Shown piece after piece: positions 50,232 through 60,171 of a stretch of 64,000 nt of DNA. Both the position numbers and the translations under genes were made by a program. Origin of the DNA: Chloroflexota bacterium (GTDB taxonomy: Bacteria; Chloroflexota; Anaerolineae; Aggregatilineales; Ch27); assembly GCA_019873685.1 (NCBI GenBank), contig JAIOAT010000003.1, forward strand, positions 1,207 through 65,206. Reading direction: 5' to 3'. The notes beneath the pieces were generated by a model. It did no database searches. It was not told where the DNA came from and saw nothing but the letters and a program-made list of their open reading frames with translations. Position 1 is the first letter of the stretch. Every line of letters starts with the position of its first letter.

Positions 50232-51101
50232 ATGAGGTATTTGCAGGGGATATCCGCTATCGTAGTTGTCAGCCTGGCACTGGCCCTGGCAGGCGGCGCG
50301 CTTGCCCAGGGCGAAGCCGTGCGGGAATATGCTGTCACACTGGAAGGCGAGATCGCCGGGATTGTCGTCGAACCGGCGGGCGAAGGCCCCTTCCCTACCG
50401 TGCTGATGCTGCATGGCTTTGCCAGCCAGAAAGATGAAGTCGGCGATATGTACAAGCGGCTGGCCGCGGCGCTGGCCGAACGCGGCATTGCCTCACTGCG
50501 CATCGACTTCCGCGGCTGGGGTGAAAGCGGCGGCGGCATGGAAAACAGCACCGTCACCGGAATGGTGGAAGACGCAGCAACCGCTTACGCGTACCTGCTG
50601 GAGCAGCCATTCGTCGATCCGGCGCGGATTGGCCTGGTCGGCTTCAGCCTAGGCGGGGCGGTATCGCTGGCCTCCGCCGGGCAGAATCCGTCATGGTACC
50701 GGTCGGTAGCCATCTGGTCGTGGGGCGGCAACCTGGCCGAGGAGATGCTCGATGCCTTCACCCAGGAGCAGCTTGACACTGCCGCCGCTGAAGGCAAGGT
50801 CACGGTTGATCTTGGCTGGCGGGAGGTGACGCTGGGCGCAGGCTTCTTCGAGAGTCTCTCCGCCCTGGATGTCGAGGCCGAATTCCTCAAGTACCCGAAT
50901 GCCTTCTATGTGGTCGCCGGCACCGAGGACTTCTCCGGCGCGTATGTGGACTGGTTCATGGACAACGCACAGGGCGAACTCAAGGCCGCTTACCTGATCA
51001 GGGGCGCTGACCACATCTACGGCGTTCTGGGCGAGGACCAGACGATGGCTAATGCCGTGATCCGGACGACAGCCGACTGGTTCGTGATGTCGCTCGGCTA
51101 A
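50232..51101 (+). CDS. Secreted alpha/beta hydrolase
   Basis: Signal peptide ALA-Q; LHGF, DFRGWGES, GFSLGG nucleophile elbow, GTED, GADH. Confidence 0.9.
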   Translation: MRYLQGISAIVVVSLALALAGGALAQGEAVREYAVTLEGEIAGIVVEPAGEGPFPTVLMLHGFASQKDEVGDMYKRLAAALAERGIASLRIDFRGWGESGGGMENSTVTGMVEDAATAYAYLLEQPFVDPARIGLVGFSLGGAVSLASAGQNPSWYRSVAIWSWGGNLAEEMLDAFTQEQLDTAAAEGKVTVDLGWREVTLGAGFFESLSALDVEAEFLKYPNAFYVVAGTEDFSGAYVDWFMDNAQGELKAAYLIRGADHIYGVLGEDQTMANAVIRTTADWFVMSLG

Positions 51102-51141
51102 GCTGTCTCTGCCGTCCGTCGAAAGGATAGCCAGTCAAAAC

Positions 51142-51173
51142 AACCAGCCAGCCCTGAACCGGCTGGCTGGTTT
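51142..51173. terminator. Bidirectional terminator
   Basis: AACCAGCCAGCC / GGCTGGCTGGTT between convergent genes. Confidence 0.7.
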
Positions 51174-51204
51174 GCTGTCCGCAGGCTGCCAGGTTACCCG
51201 GCAG

Positions 51205-52896
51205 TTATTCCAGCACGATCTGGCGCTGCACCTTTCCGGCGCGATCATGCCGGGCCGTGACCGTGACCACCGTGCCCGGCGCGGCCCTGACCACCCACTC
51301 CTGCTTGATCCGGGCGTCCATATTGGCCGATCCTACCGCCCAGGGGGAAGCCAGCGCCTGGGTATAGGCGCGGCCTTCCAGTTGCCGCGCCTCCTCGCGC
51401 TCCCTGCCAACCGCCAGGGAAGCCCCCTCCGGCAGCGCAATCTCGAAGATCACGCCCCGAACCAGCTTCTTTTCCAGCGCCTTCTTGGTGATATAGGTCG
51501 GCAGCCAGCCGGTGTTTTCCACCACCAGCGTGACACGGTATACGCCTTCGCTCAACGCGGTAGCCTTCAGGGCGTACAGCTCCAGCCGGGGCGAAAGCAT
51601 CAGCTTCCAGATCAGCCAGTCGGCAAAGGGCGCGATCTCTTTTTCCAGGAAGGCGGGCGGCGGGTTACGCCAGCAGTACAGCGTGTTCCACCCGCCCAGT
51701 TCGATCCGCCCCAGCTGGGGATGATCAAACGGGTACCAGTCCACGTACCCTTTCCCTTCCAGAACGGTATCGCTCCAGGCCAGCATCTTGAGGTCATCTT
51801 CCAGTGGATGCTCGCGGTACCAGTCGATGAACTTGTACTCCGTGATCCCTGCCTGCCGCTGCGGACTCCAGATCTCGACCGTCCAGGCGAAGATGCCCCG
51901 TTCCTCATAGCACCAGCCGTCAAAGTCGCCGGTGATCACCTCTTTGGGATGGTACTTGAACTCGTGGAAGACAGAGGCGTGCGGGTAACCGGTGATGCTC
52001 GTCCCCTTCTGGCCGATCTTCTGGTACGTCCACAGGTCCTCGGCGGGCATCTCGTCATCAGGGCGGGTGCCGTACGGGCGCAGCAGCACGCCGCTGTAGG
52101 TGTGAAAGGTGACCGCCCCGGTGAGGTTAGGATGGGACGCTACAAACGCCGCCAGGTTGCGCACCTCTGGCTCCGAGGTCGGGAAAGGCCCGGCCCCCGG
52201 CTGCTGAAACTCCGGTCGCCATTCCGAGGGGAAGTTGCGGTTCAGGTCAAGACCCTGCTTCTTGGGCGGCACGCTGAACAGGTAGCCGTCATAGTTCTTG
52301 ATCGCGCCCTCAGGGAAAAGCCAGTAGAAGTCGCCTTCGACATCCTCCGGCTCGCGGCGCACCATCAGCCGCGGCTCGTCCGGATGCACCTTCCAGGGGC
52401 CGTTAGGGTCCTTGATCCGCATCCAGAGCAGGCGGCCATCGCCATCAATATCCTTCTCCTCCAGGCCTTCCAGCGCGTCCTCATCATACGGGTAAGGCCG
52501 CGTGCTGGAGCGGATTAGACGCGGCTCGTCCGCCAGCATCCACTCCGCGCCGTCCGGATTCACCCGCGGGCACACATAAAAGGCCCGCGTATCCAGGCAA
52601 CGGGTGATGGTCTCATCCCGGCCATAGCCTGCGGTCAGGCGCTCGATCAGATACAGGCACGCGCTGGAGGGCGACACCTCAGTGGCGTGAATATTGCCAT
52701 CGACCCACAGCGCCGGTTTTTCCTCGGCAGGCCCGGTCTTGAAATTGGTGACCGTGGCCAGCCAGACATCCCGCCCTTCGTAGCTCTTGCCCAGGCTTTC
52801 CAGCTTGACCAGATCGGGGAATTCCTCGGCGTAGGCGTGCAGGAGCGCCGTAAGCTCCTCATAGCGATAATAACGGTTGAACTGAACGGCAGGCAT
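51205..52896 (-). CDS. M14 family zinc carboxypeptidase
   Basis: GNIHATE, NPDG, DLNRNF, SEPE, FHTYSG. Confidence 0.93.
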   Translation of the reverse strand: MPAVQFNRYYRYEELTALLHAYAEEFPDLVKLESLGKSYEGRDVWLATVTNFKTGPAEEKPALWVDGNIHATEVSPSSACLYLIERLTAGYGRDETITRCLDTRAFYVCPRVNPDGAEWMLADEPRLIRSSTRPYPYDEDALEGLEEKDIDGDGRLLWMRIKDPNGPWKVHPDEPRLMVRREPEDVEGDFYWLFPEGAIKNYDGYLFSVPPKKQGLDLNRNFPSEWRPEFQQPGAGPFPTSEPEVRNLAAFVASHPNLTGAVTFHTYSGVLLRPYGTRPDDEMPAEDLWTYQKIGQKGTSITGYPHASVFHEFKYHPKEVITGDFDGWCYEERGIFAWTVEIWSPQRQAGITEYKFIDWYREHPLEDDLKMLAWSDTVLEGKGYVDWYPFDHPQLGRIELGGWNTLYCWRNPPPAFLEKEIAPFADWLIWKLMLSPRLELYALKATALSEGVYRVTLVVENTGWLPTYITKKALEKKLVRGVIFEIALPEGASLAVGREREEARQLEGRAYTQALASPWAVGSANMDARIKQEWVVRAAPGTVVTVTARHDRAGKVQRQIVLE

Positions 52897-53102
52897 AAGG
52901 CATCCTTTCCATTCAACGTGGCCCCGACAGGATCACGCCTGGCGAGCGGATCAACTGCCGGGGATGACAATAACACGGCGAGGAAGTCAGGACTCCGGCG
53001 ATTGTACCAGAAGTCGCTACACCGGGGGCGATTCATGAATCGACAGCGCCCTGATCGCACAGAGCACCAGGGCGCCGCCGGGGGGAATTGCAGCCGGGAG
53101 AG

Positions 53103-53867
53103 CTACTGCGTCGGTCGGGTGTCGTCACGCAACCCGATCATGTACTGGACGATTTCTTCCGGATCGGTCTCGGTGGTACGCTTTTCCGCCACCTTGCGGC
53201 CCCGATGCAGCACAACGATGCGATCCGAGACGGCGAAGACATCGTGCATGGTGTGGCTGATCAGGATGACAGGCACGCCCTGGTCGCGCAGACGGCGGAT
53301 CAGGTCGAGCACCTTGCGCTGTTCGGTCACGCCCAGATTGTTGGTCGGCTCGTCCATGATCATCAGCCGGGCGTTCCAGAAGATCGCGCGGGCAATGGCT
53401 ACGGCCTGCCGCTGCCCACCGGAGAGATTCTCGATCTTCTGCATCATCGCCGGGATGCGGATTTCCAGCTGGTCGAGCACCCGCTGCGATTCGCTGAGCA
53501 TCCGCTTTTCATCCAGCATGCGCACCAGCCCGCCCAGGTAGTTCCGCTTGACCTCACGCCCCAGGAAGATGTTGGCGCTCACGCTCAGGTTGCCCGCCAG
53601 CGCCAGGTCCTGGTAGATCGTCTCGATCCCCATATCACGGGCGTCGGATGGGCGGGCGATGTGAACCAGCCGTCCGTCGAAGTAGATCTGACCCTCGTCG
53701 GCCTGGTAAACGCCGGAGACAATCTTGATCAGCGTGGATTTCCCGGCGCCGTTATCCCCCACCAATCCGATCACCTCGCCGGGGAACACATCCATACTGA
53801 CGTGATCCACCGCGGTCAGACCACCAAAGCGCTTGACAATATCCTGTACAGACAGCAACGGTTCCAT
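53103..53867 (-). CDS. Monosaccharide ABC transporter ATP-binding protein (single domain)
   Basis: GDNGAGKSTL, LSGGQRQ, MDEPT. Confidence 0.94.
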   Translation of the reverse strand: MEPLLSVQDIVKRFGGLTAVDHVSMDVFPGEVIGLVGDNGAGKSTLIKIVSGVYQADEGQIYFDGRLVHIARPSDARDMGIETIYQDLALAGNLSVSANIFLGREVKRNYLGGLVRMLDEKRMLSESQRVLDQLEIRIPAMMQKIENLSGGQRQAVAIARAIFWNARLMIMDEPTNNLGVTEQRKVLDLIRRLRDQGVPVILISHTMHDVFAVSDRIVVLHRGRKVAEKRTTETDPEEIVQYMIGLRDDTRPTQ

Positions 53868-53871
53868 GGTG

Positions 53872-55014
53872 CTATCCCGCCTCCGCACGACCGATGATCA
53901 GGTCACGGCTCTGGTCAATCAGCACGGCCAGAATGACAATCACGCCCACCACGATGTACTGCCAGTAGGGCTGCACATTGAGCATGACCAGCCCGGTCTG
54001 CAGCACGGCGATGATCAGGGCGCCAATTACCGTCCCGCTGATGCGCCCCTCCCCGCCGAACATGCTCACCCCGCCAATCACCACCGCCGCAATCGACGAG
54101 AGCAACAGCGTCTCGCCAGCAATGGCCGAGCCGCCATTGAAGCGGGTGGTATGCAGGAAACCGGCCACGCCAGTCGTCAGGCCAGAGAGCATGTACAGCA
54201 GGATGGTGTGGCGATCCACCCGCACACCGGCGCGGATAGCCGACTCGCGGTTGCCGCCGATGGCGTAGGTGTGCCGCCCGAACTGTGTCAGGTGCAGCAG
54301 ATACATCGTCCCGAAGACCAGGATGGCGGCGACCACCACCGGCCAGGGGAAGATCCGCTCCAGCACGCGCAACTGCTCAGTGGCAACTTCCGGTCGCTGC
54401 AGGAAGAAGAGGCCGCCGCCGTCCCCCGGCATCCAGTACATCAGGGCCTCGTTGCCAAAGTCGCGGACAATCCGCGGCTGGCCCCCGACAACGTTTGCCC
54501 CGGAGAGCAGAAAGCCGATGCCGCGGGCGATGAAAGACATGCCCAGCGTCACAATAAATGGCGGGACGCGCAGCTTGGCAATGACCAGGCCGTTGACCAG
54601 GCCGGTGAGCACCGCCACACCAACCGCCAGGACAAACCCGATGAGCAGCATGATCGGCTCAGCAATACCGCCGGCAGCCGCCAGATCGCGCATGGCCATC
54701 GCCGCCACCACCGACGAGAGTCCCATCACCCAGCCCACCGACAGGTCGATGCCTCCGGCGATAATCACAAACGTCTGGCCGAGGCCCATCAGCAAGATGG
54801 GGGTAATCGCCACCAGGATGTTCTGCGAGTTGCGCAGCGAGAGGAAGTTCACACCCTGTGAAGTGCTCGCTGAGATCGTGAAGAACACGATCAACAGCGC
54901 CAGGAAAACCCACCCCCAGACCCGGCTCAGCATCAGGATGGCCCGCTGCTGGCCGGATAGCCGCTTGCCCCCAACCGGCTGGGAGGTGGCGCCGGTCTGA
55001 CTGTCCACCGCCAT
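53872..55014 (-). CDS. Monosaccharide ABC transporter permease (RbsC-like)
   Basis: GGIDLSVG, VPPFIVTLG, IAAVVIGG. Confidence 0.94.
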   Translation of the reverse strand: MAVDSQTGATSQPVGGKRLSGQQRAILMLSRVWGWVFLALLIVFFTISASTSQGVNFLSLRNSQNILVAITPILLMGLGQTFVIIAGGIDLSVGWVMGLSSVVAAMAMRDLAAAGGIAEPIMLLIGFVLAVGVAVLTGLVNGLVIAKLRVPPFIVTLGMSFIARGIGFLLSGANVVGGQPRIVRDFGNEALMYWMPGDGGGLFFLQRPEVATEQLRVLERIFPWPVVVAAILVFGTMYLLHLTQFGRHTYAIGGNRESAIRAGVRVDRHTILLYMLSGLTTGVAGFLHTTRFNGGSAIAGETLLLSSIAAVVIGGVSMFGGEGRISGTVIGALIIAVLQTGLVMLNVQPYWQYIVVGVIVILAVLIDQSRDLIIGRAEAG

Positions 55015-55052
55015 TGGCTTTCTCTCCTTAAATTCGGGACGTTACACAGCAG

Positions 55053-55086
55053 GGCATGAGGGCGCTCCGAGGAACGCCCTCATGCC
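55053..55086 (-). terminator. Hairpin 3' of SBP gene
   Basis: GGCATGAGGGCG / CGCCCTCATGCC 12-bp stem. Confidence 0.65.
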
Positions 55087-55104
55087 TGAAACTACCCTAT
55101 GCGT

Positions 55105-56076
55105 TTACGGGACCTGATAGATGAAGCGCGCCACCTCAGGATCGTCGACGTTTTCCGCGGTGATGACCGCGTACCCGGTGGTGACGCGAGGCGGCAGGCT
55201 GGTCACGCCGCGCCAGTCGGCCATGGCAAAGGCGACGGCCAGGTAGCCCATGTCATAGGGCTTCTGGGCGATCACCAGCGTCACGACGCCCGCGCGGAGC
55301 TGCTCGATGGCGAACTGGGTCGCATCGAAAGCGATAACCTGAACCTGCCCGCCCAGCCCGGCGCTGATCACAGCGTTACCGGCGCCCTGGGCGCTGAACA
55401 CGTTCACGCCAAAGATGCCAGCCAGGTCGGGTTCGCGCTGCAGGACCGCAGCGGTCTGCTCAGCGGCAGTGTTGGCGTCGTCCAGGTTGTAGTCCATGCC
55501 GACCAGTTGCATGCCCGGATAGGCGGCAATGCCCTCAATGAAGCCCTGGCCGCGCTGCTCGGTGGTGCTCACGCCCACGTTCGTGTTCTGAACATAGACC
55601 TTGCCCTGCCCGCCCAGCACTTCGGCCAGCGCCTCAGCCGCGATCCGACCGCCTTCCACGTTGTCCGAGCCGATGTATGACAGCGGGAAGGTCACCGGGC
55701 CATTGACATAGTCGCCATCGCCCAGGAACGTATCGACGGTGATCACCTTGATGCCAGCGTCAACAGCCGCCTGCAGCGGGGCGATCATCTGTTCCTTGTC
55801 GGTCGGCGCAATGATGAGGTAGTCCAGGTCGCCACGGGCAACCATGGCATCCAGGATCGGCGTCTGCTCAGAAGGACCCCAGTCCTGCGGGAACTGCGTG
55901 ACCACTTCCAGACCGAAGTCGGCAACCGCCTGGTTGACGCCCAGCTCCATCACCTCATAGAAGGGGTCTACCACACCCGGCAGGAAGCCGATCTTGGGCA
56001 GTTCGGACTGCGCGGTCGTCGGCGCAAGGGCCAGCGCCAGCATGGCGATGACCATCAGAATCGAGAACTTCTTCAT
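55105..56076 (-). CDS. Monosaccharide ABC solute-binding protein (RbsB-like)
   Basis: GAGGAGAAGGAG RBS before MKKFSIL; signal peptide TTA-Q; YIGSDNVEGG, IAFD, IAQKP. Confidence 0.93.
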   Translation of the reverse strand: MKKFSILMVIAMLALALAPTTAQSELPKIGFLPGVVDPFYEVMELGVNQAVADFGLEVVTQFPQDWGPSEQTPILDAMVARGDLDYLIIAPTDKEQMIAPLQAAVDAGIKVITVDTFLGDGDYVNGPVTFPLSYIGSDNVEGGRIAAEALAEVLGGQGKVYVQNTNVGVSTTEQRGQGFIEGIAAYPGMQLVGMDYNLDDANTAAEQTAAVLQREPDLAGIFGVNVFSAQGAGNAVISAGLGGQVQVIAFDATQFAIEQLRAGVVTLVIAQKPYDMGYLAVAFAMADWRGVTSLPPRVTTGYAVITAENVDDPEVARFIYQVP

Positions 56077-56510
56077 AACCTGATTCTCCTTCTCCTCATG
56101 ACCTGCTGAAAGCCAATTGAATTCCATTGGACGCTGAGAACAGCATGTAAGTTCTTCAGGCGTCACCTGTCGCAAACGCTCCTTATTCCCCTGGCCTCAC
56201 CCCCTTTCCCGCCTGCGCCCGTTTCCCCCGCGGCAGCCCGCGACGCCAGACCGCTGGCAACACAACCCCCGCCAGGCGGAGGTCGCAGGGTCGCTATGGT
56301 GCTTAGTCACGCGCAGGCTTGTATCACTTGCCTATATCGTACACCAAATTTGCACAGCGCACATACCCCTGCAAGCGACTGCTGGCAACAAATAGCTGGA
56401 ATGGATAATATGGCGGCCCAGCGATGCGGCTGGACGGCGCATGCTGTCCACCGTATCGAACCGGTTTGCTCCGGCCAGCGGCACCGTCTGGCCCGTACAG
56501 GGAGGCACCC

Positions 56511-57425
56511 ATGCCGGTCGAGCATCCTGCTCTGTGCAACCTGAACCCGCTACTGGCAGCAGCAGAGCGCGGCGGCTACGCCGTTGGCGCGTTCTCACCG
56601 CGTTACACGGCCATGATCCAGCCTGTGCTGCAGGTGGGACAGGCCCTCAACTCCCCGCTTATCGTGCAAATCTCGCAGCGCGAGTTAACCCGCTCCCAGA
56701 TCACCCCGGCCCGCTTTGCCAGTGTCTTCTACGCTGAGATGCAGGCCGGGCAGATCACCGTGCCCGTTGCCCTGCATCTGGATCACACCCGCGAGGTCTC
56801 CATCATCGAGGAAGCTATCGCCGCCGGTTTCACCTCGGTCATGATTGACGCTTCCGATCGACCTTTCGCCGAGAACATCGCCATCACCCGGCAGGTCGTG
56901 GCCTACGCTCACCGGCGCGGTGTGTCCGTGGAGGCCGAACTGGGGCGGATCACCACCACCGACTACATGGAGACCGAGGATGACGCCGAGATGTTCACCG
57001 ACCCGGAGGAAGCCGGCGAGTTTGTCGCCGCAACCGGCGTCGACGCGCTGGCGGTCTCGGTGGGCACGGCGCATGGTGTCTATGTCGTCCGCCAGCCTCG
57101 CATCGACTACGACCGGCTGCGGGCCATCCGGGCCAGGACGACAGTGCACCTCGTCCTGCACGGCGGCTCAGGCGTACCCGCCGCCATGGTCGAACAGGCC
57201 ATCAGCCTGCCGGGCGGCGGCGTGAGCAAGGTCAACATCGCCACCGAGCTGGAACTGGCTGCTCTGGGCGCCCTGGGCCGCAGCCACTACCTGCTGGACG
57301 AAGAGATGACCGCGCTCCCGGCGGAAGCCCTGCTTGCCGCCCGTCATGGGGTCAGCAGGGTCGTGCAGGACAAAATCCAGAACTTCCTGCACAGCAACGG
57401 CAAAGCTGGCGAGGTGGCCCGATGA
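56511..57425 (+). CDS. Class II ketose-bisphosphate aldolase
   Basis: LHLDH, SVMIDAS, VEAELG, VGTAHG, VLHGGSG, KVNIATE. Confidence 0.93.
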   Translation: MPVEHPALCNLNPLLAAAERGGYAVGAFSPRYTAMIQPVLQVGQALNSPLIVQISQRELTRSQITPARFASVFYAEMQAGQITVPVALHLDHTREVSIIEEAIAAGFTSVMIDASDRPFAENIAITRQVVAYAHRRGVSVEAELGRITTTDYMETEDDAEMFTDPEEAGEFVAATGVDALAVSVGTAHGVYVVRQPRIDYDRLRAIRARTTVHLVLHGGSGVPAAMVEQAISLPGGGVSKVNIATELELAALGALGRSHYLLDEEMTALPAEALLAARHGVSRVVQDKIQNFLHSNGKAGEVAR

Positions 57426-58057
57426 GCGACGATCTTCTGCATACGCTGGTAAGCCGCTACCCGGAACTGACCGCCTGCCTGCCCGACATACAGGCTGCTT
57501 TTGACCTGTTGCGGGCTACCTTCCAGCGGGGAGGCAAAGTCCTGGTTTGCGGTAACGGCGGCAGCGCCGCCGATAGCGAGCATATCGTGGGCGAGTTGAT
57601 GAAAGGCTACCGCCTGCCCCGCCCGCTGCCAGAAGCGGCTCGCCGCCGGATTCTGGAAGCCTGGCCGGAGGAGGGCGCTTACCTGGCCGATCACCTGCAG
57701 GGCGCGCTGCCCGCCATCTCGCTGGTCAGCCAGAGCGCCCTGCTTTCCGCTTTTGCCAACGACGTCGCCGCCGACATGGTCTACGCCCAGCAGGTTTATG
57801 GCTACGGGCGGCCCGGAGACGCGCTGATCGCGATCAGCACGTCCGGCAACGCCGCCAACGTCCTGCACGCTGTGGAGGTTGGCCGGGCGCTCGGCCTGGG
57901 CACCATCGGCCTGACCGGGCGAGAGGGTGGCCGCCTGAAGGCCGTATGCGACGTCACCATCCGCGTCCCTGCTGACAGCACACCGGCCATCCAGGAACGC
58001 CACCTGCCGATCTACCATACCCTGTGCGCCCTGCTGGAGGAGGCTTTCTTCGCATGA
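57422..58057 (+). CDS. gmhA: SIS-domain phosphoheptose isomerase (GmhA-like)
   Basis: CGNGGSAADSEHIVGEL, ISTSGN, IQERH. Confidence 0.85.
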   Translation: MSDDLLHTLVSRYPELTACLPDIQAAFDLLRATFQRGGKVLVCGNGGSAADSEHIVGELMKGYRLPRPLPEAARRRILEAWPEEGAYLADHLQGALPAISLVSQSALLSAFANDVAADMVYAQQVYGYGRPGDALIAISTSGNAANVLHAVEVGRALGLGTIGLTGREGGRLKAVCDVTIRVPADSTPAIQERHLPIYHTLCALLEEAFFA

Positions 58058-59034
58058 CGGCACTGCTGGCCGGAGTCGATATCGGCGGCACCAAGTGCGC
58101 GGTTGTCCTGGGCCGCCCTACCGGCGACACGATCGACATCCTCGCCAAGACGCGCTTCCCCACCCCGCCCACCTTTGCCCAGACTCTGGAGCAGATCGTG
58201 GCCAGCCTGGAGGCGCTGCTGGCGCAGCACCCACAGGATGCGCTGGCCGCCATTGGCGTGAGTTGCGGCGGGCCGCTGGATAGCCGGGCCGGGCTGGTGC
58301 TTTCCCCGCCGAACCTGCCGGGCTGGGACCGAGTGGATGTGATCGGGCCGCTGCAAGCGCATTTCAGCGCGCCCGCTGCCCTGCAGAATGACGCCAACGC
58401 CTGCGCCCTGGCTGAATGGAAGTGGGGCGCCGGACGCGGCTGCCGCAATATCATCTTCCTGACCTTCGGCACTGGCATGGGCGCCGGGCTGATCCTCGAT
58501 GGACGGCTATACTCCGGGACAAACGATCTGGCAGGCGAAGTCGGTCACATCCGCCTGGCACCGGACGGCCCGATCGGCTATGGCAAGGCCGGATCGTTTG
58601 AAGGATTCTGCAGCGGCGGCGGGATCGCTAACCTGGCCCGGACGCTGGCGGAACAACATCTGGCCGCCGGCTGCCCGCCCGCCTACTGCCCCACCCCGGC
58701 GGATCTGCCCCGCATCACCGCCGAGACGGTCGGGACAGCTGCACAGCACGGCGACCCCACCGCCCTGGAGGTCTTCCGCATCGCCGGGCAGGCGCTGGGG
58801 CGTGGCCTGGCCGTGCTGGTGGATATCCTCAACCCGGAACGGATCATCATCGGCAGCATTTTTGGCCGCCAGCGGTCGCTGCTGGAACCGCCCGCGCTGG
58901 AGACCCTGCGGGCGGAAGCGCTCCCCGGTGCGCTGGCCGTCTGCGCCATTGTCCCCGCCGGGCTGGGCGAGCAGGTTGGCGACTACGCCAGTCTGGCCAT
59001 CGCTTCCGAAGCGCAAGCCTCACCCTCACCTTAA
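58054..59034 (+). CDS. ROK-family sugar kinase
   Basis: GVDIGGTK, NDANACALAE, GTGMGAG, GEVGH. Confidence 0.93.
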   Translation: MTALLAGVDIGGTKCAVVLGRPTGDTIDILAKTRFPTPPTFAQTLEQIVASLEALLAQHPQDALAAIGVSCGGPLDSRAGLVLSPPNLPGWDRVDVIGPLQAHFSAPAALQNDANACALAEWKWGAGRGCRNIIFLTFGTGMGAGLILDGRLYSGTNDLAGEVGHIRLAPDGPIGYGKAGSFEGFCSGGGIANLARTLAEQHLAAGCPPAYCPTPADLPRITAETVGTAAQHGDPTALEVFRIAGQALGRGLAVLVDILNPERIIIGSIFGRQRSLLEPPALETLRAEALPGALAVCAIVPAGLGEQVGDYASLAIASEAQASPSP

Positions 59035-59092
59035 GCCCTCTCTTCCTGCTGGCACGCCCGCGCCGATTGCGATGGGGCGCGGGCGCACCCAA

Positions 59093-59127
59093 CTGGTTCC
59101 AGGCGCACCCGGAACCAGCTTTTTTTT
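59093..59127 (+). terminator. Rho-independent terminator
   Basis: CTGGTTCC / GGAACCAG stem plus T8. Confidence 0.75.
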
Positions 59128-59200
59128 CACCATACGGAAACTTTTGTTGACGGCATTCAAAGGCGAATGCTAAGGTGATAATTGCAGAAGCGTTTTCTGC
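59125..59200 (+). promoter_or_regulatory. Promoter region with candidate operators upstream of IclR
   Basis: TTTCACCATACGGAAA (59125-59140), TTGACG, and palindrome GCAGAA-GCGTT-TTCTGC (59184-59200). Confidence 0.45.
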
Positions 59201-59218
59201 CTGGTGGAAAGAGCACCT

Positions 59219-59983
59219 ATGACCAAGCAAGTTGCCGCTGTCCAGAAGGCCTTCGCGCTGCTCGAACTCCTGGGGCAGGCTGAGCGCGGGCTGGGCATCT
59301 CCGAACTGGCCGAAGCCAGCGGTCTGCCGCTGGGAACGACACATCGCCTGCTGCATACGCTGATTGCGCTGGGCTACATCGAACAGGACCCCGACACGCG
59401 CAAGTACACGCTGGGGCTGCGCTTCCTGCAGTTGCGCGGTCAGGTCATCGGGCGGCTTAACCTGGCTGCCCTGGCTATGCCGCACCTGAAGCTGCTGATG
59501 CACCGTGTCAACGAAACCGTGCATCTGGCCGTCCTGAATGATGGTGAAGTGGTCTATGTCGATCGCGTAGAGGGCCTGCAAACACAGGGGATGTTCACCC
59601 AGATCGGCAAGCGCGGCCCCATTCACTGCACCGCGCTGGGCAAAGTGCTGGCCGCCTTCTCGCCGGAGGAAGTCTGGCGGGAAGCGATTGCCAAGCATGG
59701 CATGCCCCGGCGTACCCCGGCCACCATTGTTGACCCGGAAGTCTTTGCCGCCGAGCTGCAGAAGGTGCGAGAACAGGGCTATGCCATCGACAACGTGGAA
59801 TCGGAGCCGGGCGTGCGCTGTGTGGCTGCACCGATCCGCGACTACAGCGGGCGTGTCGTTGCCGCCGTCAGCATCTCCGGGCCAGCAGCGCGGATGAGGC
59901 CAGCCCGCGACCAGGAACTCAGCATTGCCGTCAGGCGCACGGCACGCGACATCTCCGAACGGCTCGGCTATTCCGACAGCTAG
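59219..59983 (+). CDS. IclR-family transcriptional regulator
   Basis: KAFALLE, THRLLHTL, HCTALGK, GVRCVAAPI, AVSISGP. Confidence 0.95.
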   Translation: MTKQVAAVQKAFALLELLGQAERGLGISELAEASGLPLGTTHRLLHTLIALGYIEQDPDTRKYTLGLRFLQLRGQVIGRLNLAALAMPHLKLLMHRVNETVHLAVLNDGEVVYVDRVEGLQTQGMFTQIGKRGPIHCTALGKVLAAFSPEEVWREAIAKHGMPRRTPATIVDPEVFAAELQKVREQGYAIDNVESEPGVRCVAAPIRDYSGRVVAAVSISGPAARMRPARDQELSIAVRRTARDISERLGYSDS

Positions 59984-60171
59984 GCCGACCGGCCATACCG
60001 CCTGGCGGCAGCCTGCCCGCGTCCTCAAATGGAAAGGAGGTGAATCACCAGAGCGCAACCCCCTTCAGGCTTCTGTGTCCTGTGCTACGCAGGCGCGGGA
60101 TGCGTCCGGGACATACCACCCGCGCAGGCTCGATTGCATAGTGTGTATTCTCAGGTAAAGAGAGGCAAACC

